A stretch of 58,788 nt of DNA. It comes from a virus (Duplodnaviria; Caudoviricetes). Positions 38,495-47,344 of this stretch are shown here, piece after piece. The stretch is taken from the IMG/VR virus record IMGVR_UViG_3300007094_000198, positions 1-58,788 of that record. The stretch is one strand, 5' to 3'. Position 1 is the first letter of the stretch; each line of letters starts with the position of its first letter. A program made the position numbers and the translations under genes. The notes beneath the pieces were generated by a model. That model saw nothing but the letters and a program-made list of their open reading frames with translations. It did not search any database and was not told where the DNA came from.

Positions 38495-38968
38495 TTAATC
38501 AACGACGATATCTACGTCAGTGATCTCCGGTTGAATTACAGGGACAACTACTCGCAATAAGCCATCCTTGTAACTTGAACTAATTTTTTTAATGTTAATG
38601 TTTTCATTTAATCTAAAAGTCATTTGCCCGCTACGCTGACTAATACCTTTTTTGACATATGAATTATTTTTTTCACTATCTTCTTTACTGACGTTAATAT
38701 TGAGTCTACCGTCTCTAACCTTAACGTCAATATTCTCTTTACCGATGCCAGCCAGTGCAACCTCAATAACATAGTTTACAGGCTCATTATTCTCATTATG
38801 AGTCGTAAGTACATTATACGGGTATACTGCCCCAGGTACATCAAACGCTCGATCAATTTTATCGAACGCACTTTCAAGCCAACTATCGTTAAACAGAGCG
38901 GGGAGTTGGCGTAAAACCCTCTCTGTGGACGAGAAGTGTCCAGGTGTTAATGTAGTTAATGTTGTCAT
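38495..38968 (-). CDS. Small heat-shock protein Hsp20
   Basis: YPYNV, IEVALAG, KGISQR, SSYKDGLL.V alpha-crystallin pattern. Confidence 0.92.
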   Translation of the reverse strand: MTTLTTLTPGHFSSTERVLRQLPALFNDSWLESAFDKIDRAFDVPGAVYPYNVLTTHNENNEPVNYVIEVALAGIGKENIDVKVRDGRLNINVSKEDSEKNNSYVKKGISQRSGQMTFRLNENINIKKISSSYKDGLLRVVVPVIQPEITDVDIVVD

Positions 38969-38979
38969 ATTTTTATTTT

Positions 38980-38997
38980 CTCCTTTTTAAAAGCGAG
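38980..38997 (-). promoter_or_regulatory. ROSE-like RNA thermometer hairpin over the hsp20 Shine-Dalgarno
   Basis: mRNA CUCGCUUUUAAAAAGGAG: UCGCU pairs with AGGAG leaving a bulged G. Confidence 0.65.
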
Positions 38998-39013
38998 TTG
39001 TTATTCATAGCCT

Positions 39014-39027
39014 TGTTGAGCGCTAGA
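39014..39027. repeat. 14-bp inverted repeat, copy at the 5' end of the hsp20 leader (TGTTGAGCGCTAGA)
   Basis: Exact reverse complement of 38467-38480; just downstream of CATAAATA (39035-39042, minus). Confidence 0.85.
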
Positions 39028-39052
39028 ACAAAATTATTTATGCTATCAAACT

Positions 39053-39093
39053 AAAAAAAAGCCACCTCTAAATGGTATTTTAGAGATGGCTTT
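39053..39093 (-). terminator. Intrinsic terminator after nrdA
   Basis: GCCATCTCTAAA-loop-TTTAGAGGTGGC followed by T8. Confidence 0.85.
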
Positions 39094-39115
39094 AGTTCGA
39101 CTCCGCTATACAAAG

Positions 39116-40771
39116 TTACGACTCACATGACTTACATGTTAAAATACTTCTAGCTAGTTCTTGTGCGGGATTAGCGGAGCGCTGATAATAAAGGGATTTA
39201 ATGCCTTGCTCCCAAGCAAAGATCATTAACTCATTTACTTCTTTCGGCTTAGTGTCTGGTGGTATCATTATATTCAATGATTGCCCTTGATCTATATGCT
39301 TTTGTCTTTGTGCAGCTTGAATAATAATTTCTTTTTGAGATATCTCGCCAAACGTCTTAAAGACGTCTTTTTCAGCTTGCTCAAGAAAATCTAAATGCTG
39401 CACACTCCCGCCTTTTACAAGAATAGACTTCCAAGTCTCATCATCGTCTTTATGTTTTTCTTTTAAAAGCTTTTTAAGATACGGGTTTTTAAATGTAAAT
39501 TTACCTTTTGCTAAATCTTTAACAAAATAGTTGGAATTGAGAGGTTCTATACTAGGAGACACTTGACCAAGTATAAAGCTCGAAGATGTAGTTGGAGCAA
39601 CAGCAAGTGTTGTAGTGTTTCTTCTTTTATCTGTAGAGTTCTTATATATCGGCGCTTCACCAAAAAGTTTAGCAAGCTCTTTAGTAGCTATATCCGCTCT
39701 ATCTCTAATAGTTTTCCAAATTTGGTTATTTAGCATCTTAGCTTCCATTGATTCAAACCCGATCATTCTTAATTGAAGCAGAGAATGCCATCCAAGCGCA
39801 CCTAAACCGAGAGCTCTTTGAGAAACAGCAAACCTTCTAGGCGCTTCCATGAATTTTATGTCTTTTGTTTTTTCAATAAACTCTGACATAACTGCGTCAA
39901 GGAAATAAATTATAATTTCTACAGCATCAGTATCCTTCCAATCATCCCAACGCTCTAAATTCATTGACGATAGATCACAAACAAAAGACTCGTCCTCTGA
40001 ATTCGAAAGAAATATCTCACTACACAAATTACTATTATTAATTCTCAGTCCTTTTTCTTTATAGATTTGCGGCGCTTGATTATTAGCGTTATCACTAAAA
40101 AATATGTACGGGTAACCAGACTCAAAACGCTTTTTAATAACTAATCCCCAGATACGTCTTGCATCCTTATCTCCATCAACCATCTTCTTCATCCATTCAT
40201 CGGAAACACATACACCAATAGAAAGATCTTGTATCTCATTACCCTCTGAACGTATTTTTAAAAATTCTTCAATATCCGGATGATCAATTGGTAAGTAAGC
40301 AGCAAACGAACCCCTGCGTACATTTCCCTGAGACACTACATTCATGAGTTTATTGTAAAGCTCCATAAAATGCACGGAACCTGTGGACTCTCCACCAGAA
40401 GATATAGGTGTCCCACGACCTCTTAAAGCACCAAAATAAGCTGAAGTACCCCCACCACCTGCTGTCATAATACCTACCTCTGCTACTTTATGCATGATAC
40501 ACTCAAGTGTGTCGCAAATATACGAACCGAAACATGAGATGGGTAATCCACGCTTACGTCCAAAATTACTCCATATCGGACTTGCAAGAGAATAAAAACC
40601 TCTATGCATATAATCTTCAAATTTATCCGCAAACCCCTCCTTACCGAGATATCTTTCAGCAGTCTCTGCAATATCACGTATTCTCTGCTCAGCTGTTTCT
40701 CCTTCTATAAGATACCCCCTTTCAAGAAATTTTCGTGAATCCTTATTAAGCCAGTAAATATCTTTATGCAT
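39116..40771 (-). CDS. nrdA: Class Ia ribonucleotide reductase alpha subunit (short, no ATP-cone)
   Basis: SP, PISCF, GGG, QGNVRRG, SNLCSEI, CDLSS, APTTSSS, DQGQS, LYYQR, C-terminal CKSCES. Confidence 0.95.
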   Translation of the reverse strand: MHKDIYWLNKDSRKFLERGYLIEGETAEQRIRDIAETAERYLGKEGFADKFEDYMHRGFYSLASPIWSNFGRKRGLPISCFGSYICDTLECIMHKVAEVGIMTAGGGGTSAYFGALRGRGTPISSGGESTGSVHFMELYNKLMNVVSQGNVRRGSFAAYLPIDHPDIEEFLKIRSEGNEIQDLSIGVCVSDEWMKKMVDGDKDARRIWGLVIKKRFESGYPYIFFSDNANNQAPQIYKEKGLRINNSNLCSEIFLSNSEDESFVCDLSSMNLERWDDWKDTDAVEIIIYFLDAVMSEFIEKTKDIKFMEAPRRFAVSQRALGLGALGWHSLLQLRMIGFESMEAKMLNNQIWKTIRDRADIATKELAKLFGEAPIYKNSTDKRRNTTTLAVAPTTSSSFILGQVSPSIEPLNSNYFVKDLAKGKFTFKNPYLKKLLKEKHKDDDETWKSILVKGGSVQHLDFLEQAEKDVFKTFGEISQKEIIIQAAQRQKHIDQGQSLNIMIPPDTKPKEVNELMIFAWEQGIKSLYYQRSANPAQELARSILTCKSCES

Positions 40772-40880
40772 ATTGTATATTAAATTTAATCTAAACTTTT
40801 AAAAATACAAAGCCTTATTTTAGCTTTGTAGTAGTTTAGACTATTATAGACGAAAAACGCTCTTAAGCTAGCTACTTTTG

Positions 40881-41852
40881 TTAGAAAAGATCGTCTTCAG
40901 AAAATGATTGAGACTTTTTTGAGTACTCTACAGGACGAGAGTGAAAGAAATCCGTCATATTGTTACCAAGTAACTCTTCCTCGAACCACATCGTTGTAGC
41001 AATAATCTCTTTATCCACTTTAAAGACTTTTGGAAATTTAATTTGCACAAGTGATTCGTTTATTCGGTTTTTAATAAACTCTTTCAACGTAGCTGCACTC
41101 AAGCCTTCTTCTTGAATACCATTCACCATCCAGTCAACAATTTTTGACTCAGCCTCAAAAGCCTCTTGAGCTTCATGAGTTACTTTATCAATAAGGTCTT
41201 GATCAAATAGTTCAGGGTATTCTTCGCGTATAGTGTTTATAAGTTTAATACCGACAAGAGCGTGTATATTCTCTTCGTTACGGGTATATTTCACTTGTTG
41301 ATCCGTATCTTTCAACACGTTTCTAAAACGAGCAAACCAATTTACAACGTAAAACTGACTAAACAACGAAACGTTCTCAACAAAAAGAGTAAACAAAATC
41401 AAAGCGTACAAATATTGTTTTTTCGAGTCTTTATAATACCTATGAGTATACTTTTTAAGGTACTTTACTCTGCCTTGTATCCAGTCAAGTTTAAGATTCT
41501 CTTCAAAGACTTTTTCAAGACCTAAGGTAGTTATTAAACGTTCGTACGCATTATTATGTATGACTTCTACGTTAGCCATAACATAGCCTAAATCCTGCAA
41601 AGAAGGGTGAGGTAAGTTTTCCCCGAGCTTTGCCCAGAACGTCTTAACAGCAACTTCAATTTGCCCAATAGCTGTTAACGTACGTATAACAATTTCACGT
41701 TCTTGTTCATTAAGTTTAACTTTAAATTGCTGTACATCTGACTTAAAAGAAAATTCTTTATCCGTCCAGAACCCGTTATGCATGCTTTCGATGAATTTTT
41801 CTGTCCACGGGTATAAATTTGGTTTTCTTGAAATTTGTTCTTCGAAGATCAT
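40881..41852 (-). CDS. nrdB: Class Ia ribonucleotide reductase beta subunit
   Basis: YPW, FW, EVIH..AY, ENVSLFSQF, EENIH, DFF..RPVEY. Confidence 0.95.
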   Translation of the reverse strand: MIFEEQISRKPNLYPWTEKFIESMHNGFWTDKEFSFKSDVQQFKVKLNEQEREIVIRTLTAIGQIEVAVKTFWAKLGENLPHPSLQDLGYVMANVEVIHNNAYERLITTLGLEKVFEENLKLDWIQGRVKYLKKYTHRYYKDSKKQYLYALILFTLFVENVSLFSQFYVVNWFARFRNVLKDTDQQVKYTRNEENIHALVGIKLINTIREEYPELFDQDLIDKVTHEAQEAFEAESKIVDWMVNGIQEEGLSAATLKEFIKNRINESLVQIKFPKVFKVDKEIIATTMWFEEELLGNNMTDFFHSRPVEYSKKSQSFSEDDLF

Positions 41853-41939
41853 AATGTTAATATATATTTATTAGGAAAAAGACGGAACTTGTTGAAAAAA
41901 TTAGACATGTAACACGTTGATTTTTATGATGTTACATTT

Positions 41940-42161
41940 TTAGATGGCTTTTGCATCAGTTATTGTAAAGACCCCAGCATTTAAGTTACCGTACTGTCTC
42001 AAGGTACCAATATATTTGACCCCCTCCCAGCGCCATTTAACCATATCCCCGTCTTCATACCCTTGTAAGTGCTGCGTACCATCAGCATAATCCTCAGTGT
42101 CTACAAAAAACGTATCACTGTTTTCATCTTTATATATGTATTTAGAAATATCGTCACTCAT
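41940..42161 (-). CDS. Small hypothetical protein
   Basis: 73 aa ORF in an operon. Confidence 0.55.
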   Translation of the reverse strand: MSDDISKYIYKDENSDTFFVDTEDYADGTQHLQGYEDGDMVKWRWEGVKYIGTLRQYGNLNAGVFTITDAKAI

Positions 42162-42163
42162 TT

Positions 42164-42595
42164 TTACTTTATATAATCATATGTATTATCGTTTGTCGAC
42201 CAAAAAACTTTTTTAAAACTAAAATATTTTAAAAGATTATCACAACTCATACAAGGCTTCGCAACCGCGATCTTCCAGTTTCTATCATAACGTAAATTGA
42301 CAAGCGTACACTTATCTGTCTGTATATTTGTAAGTCTCTTAAGCTTCTGTATTGCGTTAAACTCGCTACACGTGTGCTTTTGCTCGGAAATATCTTCCCC
42401 CGTACGTTTAGAAAATTTTCTATTTTTTAAGTTCGTTGGATGGGTTTTAGATGCATTCATTCCTATTGAAACAATTCTCTTTTTATAAAGTATGAACGAA
42501 AAATGATAACATCGTTTATATTTATTGCAATCAATGAGAGAAAGAGCTATCTCTTCTAACCTTTTAAAATCAAATCTGCTCGCACTCAATCCCAT
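42164..42595 (-). CDS. Cytidine-deaminase-fold protein
   Basis: H.S.I, SIGMN, HTCSE, KPCMSC, V.WS. Confidence 0.7.
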   Translation of the reverse strand: MGLSASRFDFKRLEEIALSLIDCNKYKRCYHFSFILYKKRIVSIGMNASKTHPTNLKNRKFSKRTGEDISEQKHTCSEFNAIQKLKRLTNIQTDKCTLVNLRYDRNWKIAVAKPCMSCDNLLKYFSFKKVFWSTNDNTYDYIK

Positions 42596-42974
42596 AAAAC
42601 TGAAATATTTCTAATGCAGAGTCATCTCTATGATAGCACTCCCTATACACTACTTTTTGTACATTATGAGCAACTATCAATGATGCACAAGAAGAACACG
42701 GCAGTAAAGTGCAGGCAAGTAGTCTGCAATCCCCTCTACTAAACAAAGATAGTAGATTAGCTTCAGCGTGTATCATATATTTTCTACGCTCATCTCTATC
42801 CTTCCAAAAACCCGGAGGCGCCTCTATACCCGCGGCTAACCCATTATAAGCAACACCTATAACCCTGTTTGAGTGATCCAACGCACATGCCCCAACCTTT
42901 TTATACGGGTCTTCAGAACGTTGAGAACCGACTTCCGCGATCTTTATAGCATATTCTTCCCAATTAATCCTCAT
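42570..42974 (-). CDS. cd: dCMP deaminase
   Basis: RSEDP..KVGA, AYNG, HAEAN, PCSSC. Confidence 0.9.
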   Translation of the reverse strand: MRINWEEYAIKIAEVGSQRSEDPYKKVGACALDHSNRVIGVAYNGLAAGIEAPPGFWKDRDERRKYMIHAEANLLSLFSRGDCRLLACTLLPCSSCASLIVAHNVQKVVYRECYHRDDSALEIFQFYGIECEQI

Positions 42975-43227
42975 AATCAGGGCGCTCAATATGTATATCG
43001 TAGTTAAATCGTTCTTTTAATATCACAGCTAAAGCATCATTAAATCTTTCCTCGTAACCGATTTGCTCTTTATCCGGTAAAGAGCGCATTACAACTTCGA
43101 GTAACGCTGTAACAAAACCTGCTAGCATAGAAGGCGTAACAACACTATCACCGATTACGAGTACAGCAGGGTTATCTTCACAAGTACCTATTTCAAATAT
43201 AGGTGTAAAATCTTCAAACTTTGGCAT
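42964..43227 (-). CDS. Hypothetical protein
   Basis: 87 aa, overlapping its neighbours. Confidence 0.55.
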   Translation of the reverse strand: MPKFEDFTPIFEIGTCEDNPAVLVIGDSVVTPSMLAGFVTALLEVVMRSLPDKEQIGYEERFNDALAVILKERFNYDIHIERPDYED

Positions 43228-43508
43228 TAGTCTGTATGCTCAACAGTAATTTTTTCTAAGACTTGACAAACAACATCGTTCACAGGTATGTCTTTCTCTA
43301 TAGACTCTGTTACTAAGTACTCTAACACCTCTCTAGATAACTCAGAAAGCTCAATATCCAATTTAACAAATTTCTCTAAAAAAATCGAACCATCATCTTG
43401 TATCTTCCAAGAAAATTTATCCCCTTCAGAGATATTAAGCTGTTTAAGCTCTTCATCAGTAAATTGTATATAAAGTTCGTCAGAACGCTGTACAGTTTTT
43501 TTAATCAT
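43227..43508 (-). CDS. AbrB/MazE-like DNA-binding protein
   Basis: LYIQF..E.L..L...EGD...W....GSI.L swapped-hairpin pattern. Confidence 0.55.
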   Translation of the reverse strand: MIKKTVQRSDELYIQFTDEELKQLNISEGDKFSWKIQDDGSIFLEKFVKLDIELSELSREVLEYLVTESIEKDIPVNDVVCQVLEKITVEHTD

Positions 43509-43704
43509 ATTCAACAATACCTATTTTTTCTCCTTTACCAAACCTATACCCGCAACTATATAAAAAATTTTCAAACGCTTCACATACCCGAATAAGTGGA
43601 ACATCTCCGTCAATAGTATGAGAAATTTCTGTCTTTGGAAATTCATCAAAACCTTCATGCTTATAAGAGAAGGTTATTGATGTGTCTGATTCTTTATATT
43701 CCAT
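43501..43704 (-). CDS. Hypothetical phage protein
   Basis: 67 aa, FENFL..CGY; first gene after a promoter. Confidence 0.55.
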   Translation of the reverse strand: MEYKESDTSITFSYKHEGFDEFPKTEISHTIDGDVPLIRVCEAFENFLYSCGYRFGKGEKIGIVEYD

Positions 43705-43711
43705 ACCGCAA

Positions 43712-43739
43712 ATTATACAATAACAAAAGAATGTTTCAA
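43712..43739 (-). promoter_or_regulatory. sigma70-like promoter (TTGAAA-N16-TATAAT)
   Basis: Hexamers read directly, 7 nt before ATG. Confidence 0.7.
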
Positions 43740-43742
43740 CTG

Positions 43743-44108
43743 TTAAATGTTTTCATCTTCAGATATACCCAGAAGATCTCTCCAGAACCAAAGATTGTTA
43801 GATAACACATCACAACTACCCCAATCTCTCATCTGCATACTATCTTCAAAATCTTTTTCGTATTTTTCTAATTTTTTCTTGATGTCACATTTGTAATCTT
43901 CAGAAATCAAACTCTTTATACAAGCTAAAAGCTTTTCTAAATCTTTATCGTCCAAATGTAAGGTTACATCACACCCATCGTACTTTGACTCATAACCACA
44001 AATTATCTTCAAGTCAACAGGCGCACCACATTCCCCTAAATTTTTACCAGAAAAATCTGAATAAAAAACAGACTCTTCTCTCTCCGCAGGCTTTGTGATT
44101 TTTTTCAT
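43743..44108 (-). CDS. Hypothetical protein
   Basis: 121 aa ORF. Confidence 0.55.
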   Translation of the reverse strand: MKKITKPAEREESVFYSDFSGKNLGECGAPVDLKIICGYESKYDGCDVTLHLDDKDLEKLLACIKSLISEDYKCDIKKKLEKYEKDFEDSMQMRDWGSCDVLSNNLWFWRDLLGISEDENI

Positions 44109-44110
44109 AT

Positions 44111-44512
44111 TTATAAATTACTCTTATTCCAACAAAAAACAACGTTATTATAATCTTTTAACTCTTTAATAAGATTGTCTCGTATTAAGTTCTCCCATAT
44201 TTGATAACGGTTAGCTAGTCCCCCACCTAGTTGAGATACAAAATAGATATTATCCGGGTTAGCTTTCACAAGACTCGTAAGCTTATTTAGCTCTTCAAAA
44301 AACACCTCTTCATATTCTTCTACATGATAGAAAGACGTATCTCTATTATCTGGAAATTTTTTAGTAATAAACCCTATAGCACGCGGGTGATCTCTAAGCT
44401 TAGCTGCACCACCGTAGCCGCGTCTTATTATATTATCTCCAAATACAAAGTATATGTTCGGATTATTATCTAAGAACGTTTGTGTAACTTCAATTATCTT
44501 ATGTAACGACAC
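44111..44512 (-). CDS. Macro-domain-like phage protein
   Basis: FVFGDN....GYGGAA, G..T, LGGGLA glycine loops resembling macrodomain folds. Confidence 0.5.
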   Translation of the reverse strand: MSLHKIIEVTQTFLDNNPNIYFVFGDNIIRRGYGGAAKLRDHPRAIGFITKKFPDNRDTSFYHVEEYEEVFFEELNKLTSLVKANPDNIYFVSQLGGGLANRYQIWENLIRDNLIKELKDYNNVVFCWNKSNL

Positions 44513-44513
44513 C

Positions 44514-44903
44514 TTATTTTACCTTGTACGGTGTTTCTCCTTCCTTGGAGTACACCTCTTTCAATTGAGTGAGCAAAGAAACAAAATTCTTTATACTGTT
44601 TTTATCTTTTATTTGCTTAGTGTTATATGCATCGAGTAAAGCATCTATAGATTGAGTAACATACTCATTTACGTAGAAAATAGTATCTCTTTCAATGCTC
44701 GTAGAAATTTTTTCAGCTATCCGCTCTGAATAACTATCAGTTACTTCAATATCTTTATCTTCATGCTGCTCTTTAAGCTCTTGCATATAGTGCTCTTCCC
44801 GTTCGTTTTGAAATTTCTCTATATCTTTAAAAATAAACTTATAAACATCATCAACAGTAGTTTTTTTATTGTTAATAATCTTTATAGCTTTTTCGATATT
44901 CAT
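44514..44903 (-). CDS. Hypothetical protein
   Basis: 129 aa helical ORF; promoter TTGCTT-N16-CATAAT at 44921-44948. Confidence 0.55.
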   Translation of the reverse strand: MNIEKAIKIINNKKTTVDDVYKFIFKDIEKFQNEREEHYMQELKEQHEDKDIEVTDSYSERIAEKISTSIERDTIFYVNEYVTQSIDALLDAYNTKQIKDKNSIKNFVSLLTQLKEVYSKEGETPYKVK

Positions 44904-44949
44904 AAAAAATAAGCTCGTGGATTATGTTGTTTATTTTATAAAAAGCAAG

Positions 44950-45726
44950 CTAATCGTTAAAATCTCGCTTACCGTTTAAGGATACTAATAACCTTGCTAA
45001 TGAACCATCATCGCAACCGTGATGCAAAACAGCATCTCCTCTTATAGTTTCATCAAAACGAAGTCCACCAGGAAAATTATTATTATCTTCCCCTCTCATA
45101 CACCCCATTGCAATTTCTTTGTAGTTTTGTGTACGAAAACAATGCTGAAAAAGTAAGCTATGATGCGTTACAGGTACAAGTTCCCATTGACAAAGTACGT
45201 CAAACGCTGTTGAAATTTTATCTACATAAGCCCAAACCTTACACACTGAATCTATATCTGCAGGGTAAATACCCGCTCCCACTAAATGCTTACCTATAGG
45301 TACCACAACCCCGTCAGAGGTTATAGTTGTAGTATCCTGTACCCACCCTAAGCAAGGCTTACCACATTCCTTATACTCTTCTTCCAGTGTATCTAGCCAC
45401 CCTCTCTTAAGCGGGGTCATATCTAATTCCATCCACAGCCAAGGGGTTTTTATGGTTCTTTGATTTAAGAAAAGTATAGTTTGCTTCCAGTAGTGATTAG
45501 GTCCTTGCGGCCAACCTTTTATTCCATCTTCATTAAACACATGTATGTTTGCACTCTTAAATAGCTCTCGTGTTTTATTAAAGAGACGTACTCCGTAAAG
45601 GGCATCAGACGGTCTGCATACAATTAATAGATCATGCTTTACATAAGGTCCAAATAGCGTTAGACAGCTCGTAAAGTCTGGTATTAATTTTTCATCTGCA
45701 TTTGAGACAGGTATAACAACTAGCAT
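44950..45726 (-). CDS. Putative GT-A-like protein
   Basis: GWPQGPN, WLWMELD..P....WL, G.GIYP, HHGCDDGSL; TATAAATA at 45732-45739. Confidence 0.5.
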   Translation of the reverse strand: MLVVIPVSNADEKLIPDFTSCLTLFGPYVKHDLLIVCRPSDALYGVRLFNKTRELFKSANIHVFNEDGIKGWPQGPNHYWKQTILFLNQRTIKTPWLWMELDMTPLKRGWLDTLEEEYKECGKPCLGWVQDTTTITSDGVVVPIGKHLVGAGIYPADIDSVCKVWAYVDKISTAFDVLCQWELVPVTHHSLLFQHCFRTQNYKEIAMGCMRGEDNNNFPGGLRFDETIRGDAVLHHGCDDGSLARLLVSLNGKRDFND

Positions 45727-45757
45727 AAAGCTATTTATACGCTATGCATTACATTCT

Positions 45758-46465
45758 CTACAAAGTAAGTAAAAATAATTCATCAATGTTTAAAAGTCTG
45801 TGCGTACAACCTTGTATGTTTTCCACATAGTTGTGATGAAAATGACCGTAAAAATGCTTAGAAGGTTGGCAGATTTTAAAAATTTCATCCATAACTGCTC
45901 TCTCGTCTGTTAATTCTTCTAATAGATAAGCATCTTCTCTAGCCCAACTATAAACCATCTCATTAAACGTTTGAGGGTAGCAAAAACTTGGTGCTGTATG
46001 AGTGATTAAGACATCAACCTTCTTGCAAGACTCTCGCTCGAATACCACTCCCTCGTCTTCCCAGTAGGAAACTCCCTCCTTTCTACCCGTTCTATCTATC
46101 GAGATTGCTCCACCAATAAGTTGAATGGTACTATCACCATATTTCGCTGTAGTATAATCTTCTAATAATTCGAAATTGCTAAAAACTAATCTATTATTAC
46201 CTTTAAAAAAAGACGGGTCATCATGATTACCTCTAATACCATAAAAAATATTGTCTCTTTGTTTAAATTGATTATTCAGATTTTCACTCTGCTTGTACTC
46301 GTGCTCTTTTTTATATTTAAAACCTATACCAAGATCGCCAACTGAAACAATATAGCTGTTTTTTATATCGTGTTCTTGTATTTGAAAAAACAATTCATTC
46401 CAATCTCCATGTATGTCGCCGAGTAAAAATAAGGATTTATTTCTATCTAATGTCTTTACGTTCAT
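45758..46465 (-). CDS. Calcineurin-like metallophosphoesterase
   Basis: GDIHG, GDLG, RGNHD, GGA.SIDR, THTAP, GHFH. Confidence 0.9.
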   Translation of the reverse strand: MNVKTLDRNKSLFLLGDIHGDWNELFFQIQEHDIKNSYIVSVGDLGIGFKYKKEHEYKQSENLNNQFKQRDNIFYGIRGNHDDPSFFKGNNRLVFSNFELLEDYTTAKYGDSTIQLIGGAISIDRTGRKEGVSYWEDEGVVFERESCKKVDVLITHTAPSFCYPQTFNEMVYSWAREDAYLLEELTDERAVMDEIFKICQPSKHFYGHFHHNYVENIQGCTHRLLNIDELFLLTL

Positions 46466-46466
46466 A

Positions 46467-47297
46467 TTATGTGCTTTTAAAAATTAACTCCCAATTATGT
46501 ATGTTTTGTAATATTTGCGTAAAACCACAGATACTACAAATCTGCTTAAATGTGTCAAAGTTATACGTACCTTCTACTTGTATTTGCTCTTTTATATAAT
46601 TTACTTCTCTTTCGCAATTAAGAGACATTGCTAGATCTGTAAGTAGCATGTTTCTTTTTACAATACTGTTTTGTTCTTCTGTTAATACTAACTCATTGTT
46701 TAGAATCTTTTCAAGTTTTTTAATACCTATACCTGGTACACCTTCTATGTTATCTGATTTATCCCCTAATATTGCTTTTCTTAATAAGAAATTTTGTTTT
46801 GTTATACCTAATGTATCTACAAAATTACTTTCAGTAAATAATGTCTTACGCACAGGGTCGTACACCGTAGTTGTATTATTTATCAACTGACACATGTCTT
46901 TATCAGCAGTTATAATTTTAATATTAGCATTTTTATAAATGCTATGTAAAATCGCAATTACATCATCCGCTTCATATCTTTCAGGGTAAATACTCTGAAT
47001 ATTAAGCGTCTTTAAAGCACCAACAATTACAGAGTTTTGTTGGTGCACATTTTTTGCACTCTCTGTGTCTCGGTTTAATTTATATTGAGGGTATAAGTCT
47101 CTTCTAGGGTTAGGTAGATTTGTTTTCTTTTCATCCCACACACAAAAAGTAATATCTGGTGAGAATTCCTGTACGTATGATTTGACGCTAGTTAAGAAAA
47201 GGTATACGTGAAAATACTTGTTAAAGTCTTTTTGATTTTTTGAAACCCAAAAGACTCTATGTACAAGATTGTTACCGTCAATAATAAGTACTTTCAC
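46467..47297 (-). CDS. rnh: T4 RNase H / 5'-3' flap exonuclease
   Basis: IDGNNL, WD, YK.NR, EADDVI, DKDMCQL, GDKSDNIEGVPGIG. Confidence 0.9.
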   Translation of the reverse strand: MKVLIIDGNNLVHRVFWVSKNQKDFNKYFHVYLFLTSVKSYVQEFSPDITFCVWDEKKTNLPNPRRDLYPQYKLNRDTESAKNVHQQNSVIVGALKTLNIQSIYPERYEADDVIAILHSIYKNANIKIITADKDMCQLINNTTTVYDPVRKTLFTESNFVDTLGITKQNFLLRKAILGDKSDNIEGVPGIGIKKLEKILNNELVLTEEQNSIVKRNMLLTDLAMSLNCEREVNYIKEQIQVEGTYNFDTFKQICSICGFTQILQNIHNWELIFKST

Positions 47298-47303
47298 AAG
47301 CTT

Positions 47304-47331
47304 ATTATCGTTAGTTTTTAAACTTTTTCAA
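47304..47331 (-). promoter_or_regulatory. sigma70-like promoter (TTGAAA-N16-GATAAT)
   Basis: Hexamers read directly, 6 nt before GTG. Confidence 0.6.
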
Positions 47332-47344
47332 ATAAAAAAAGCCC

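Noticed and set aside
6843-41852. Introns or inteins in pol, primase, uvsW, nrdA or nrdB
   Set aside because: All these ORFs are uninterrupted and of normal or short length.
41907-41937. ATGTAACA-N15-TGTTACAT inverted repeat upstream of nrdB as an NrdR box
   Set aside because: Does not match the NrdR consensus; a single AT-rich 8-bp pair could be chance or a weak hairpin.
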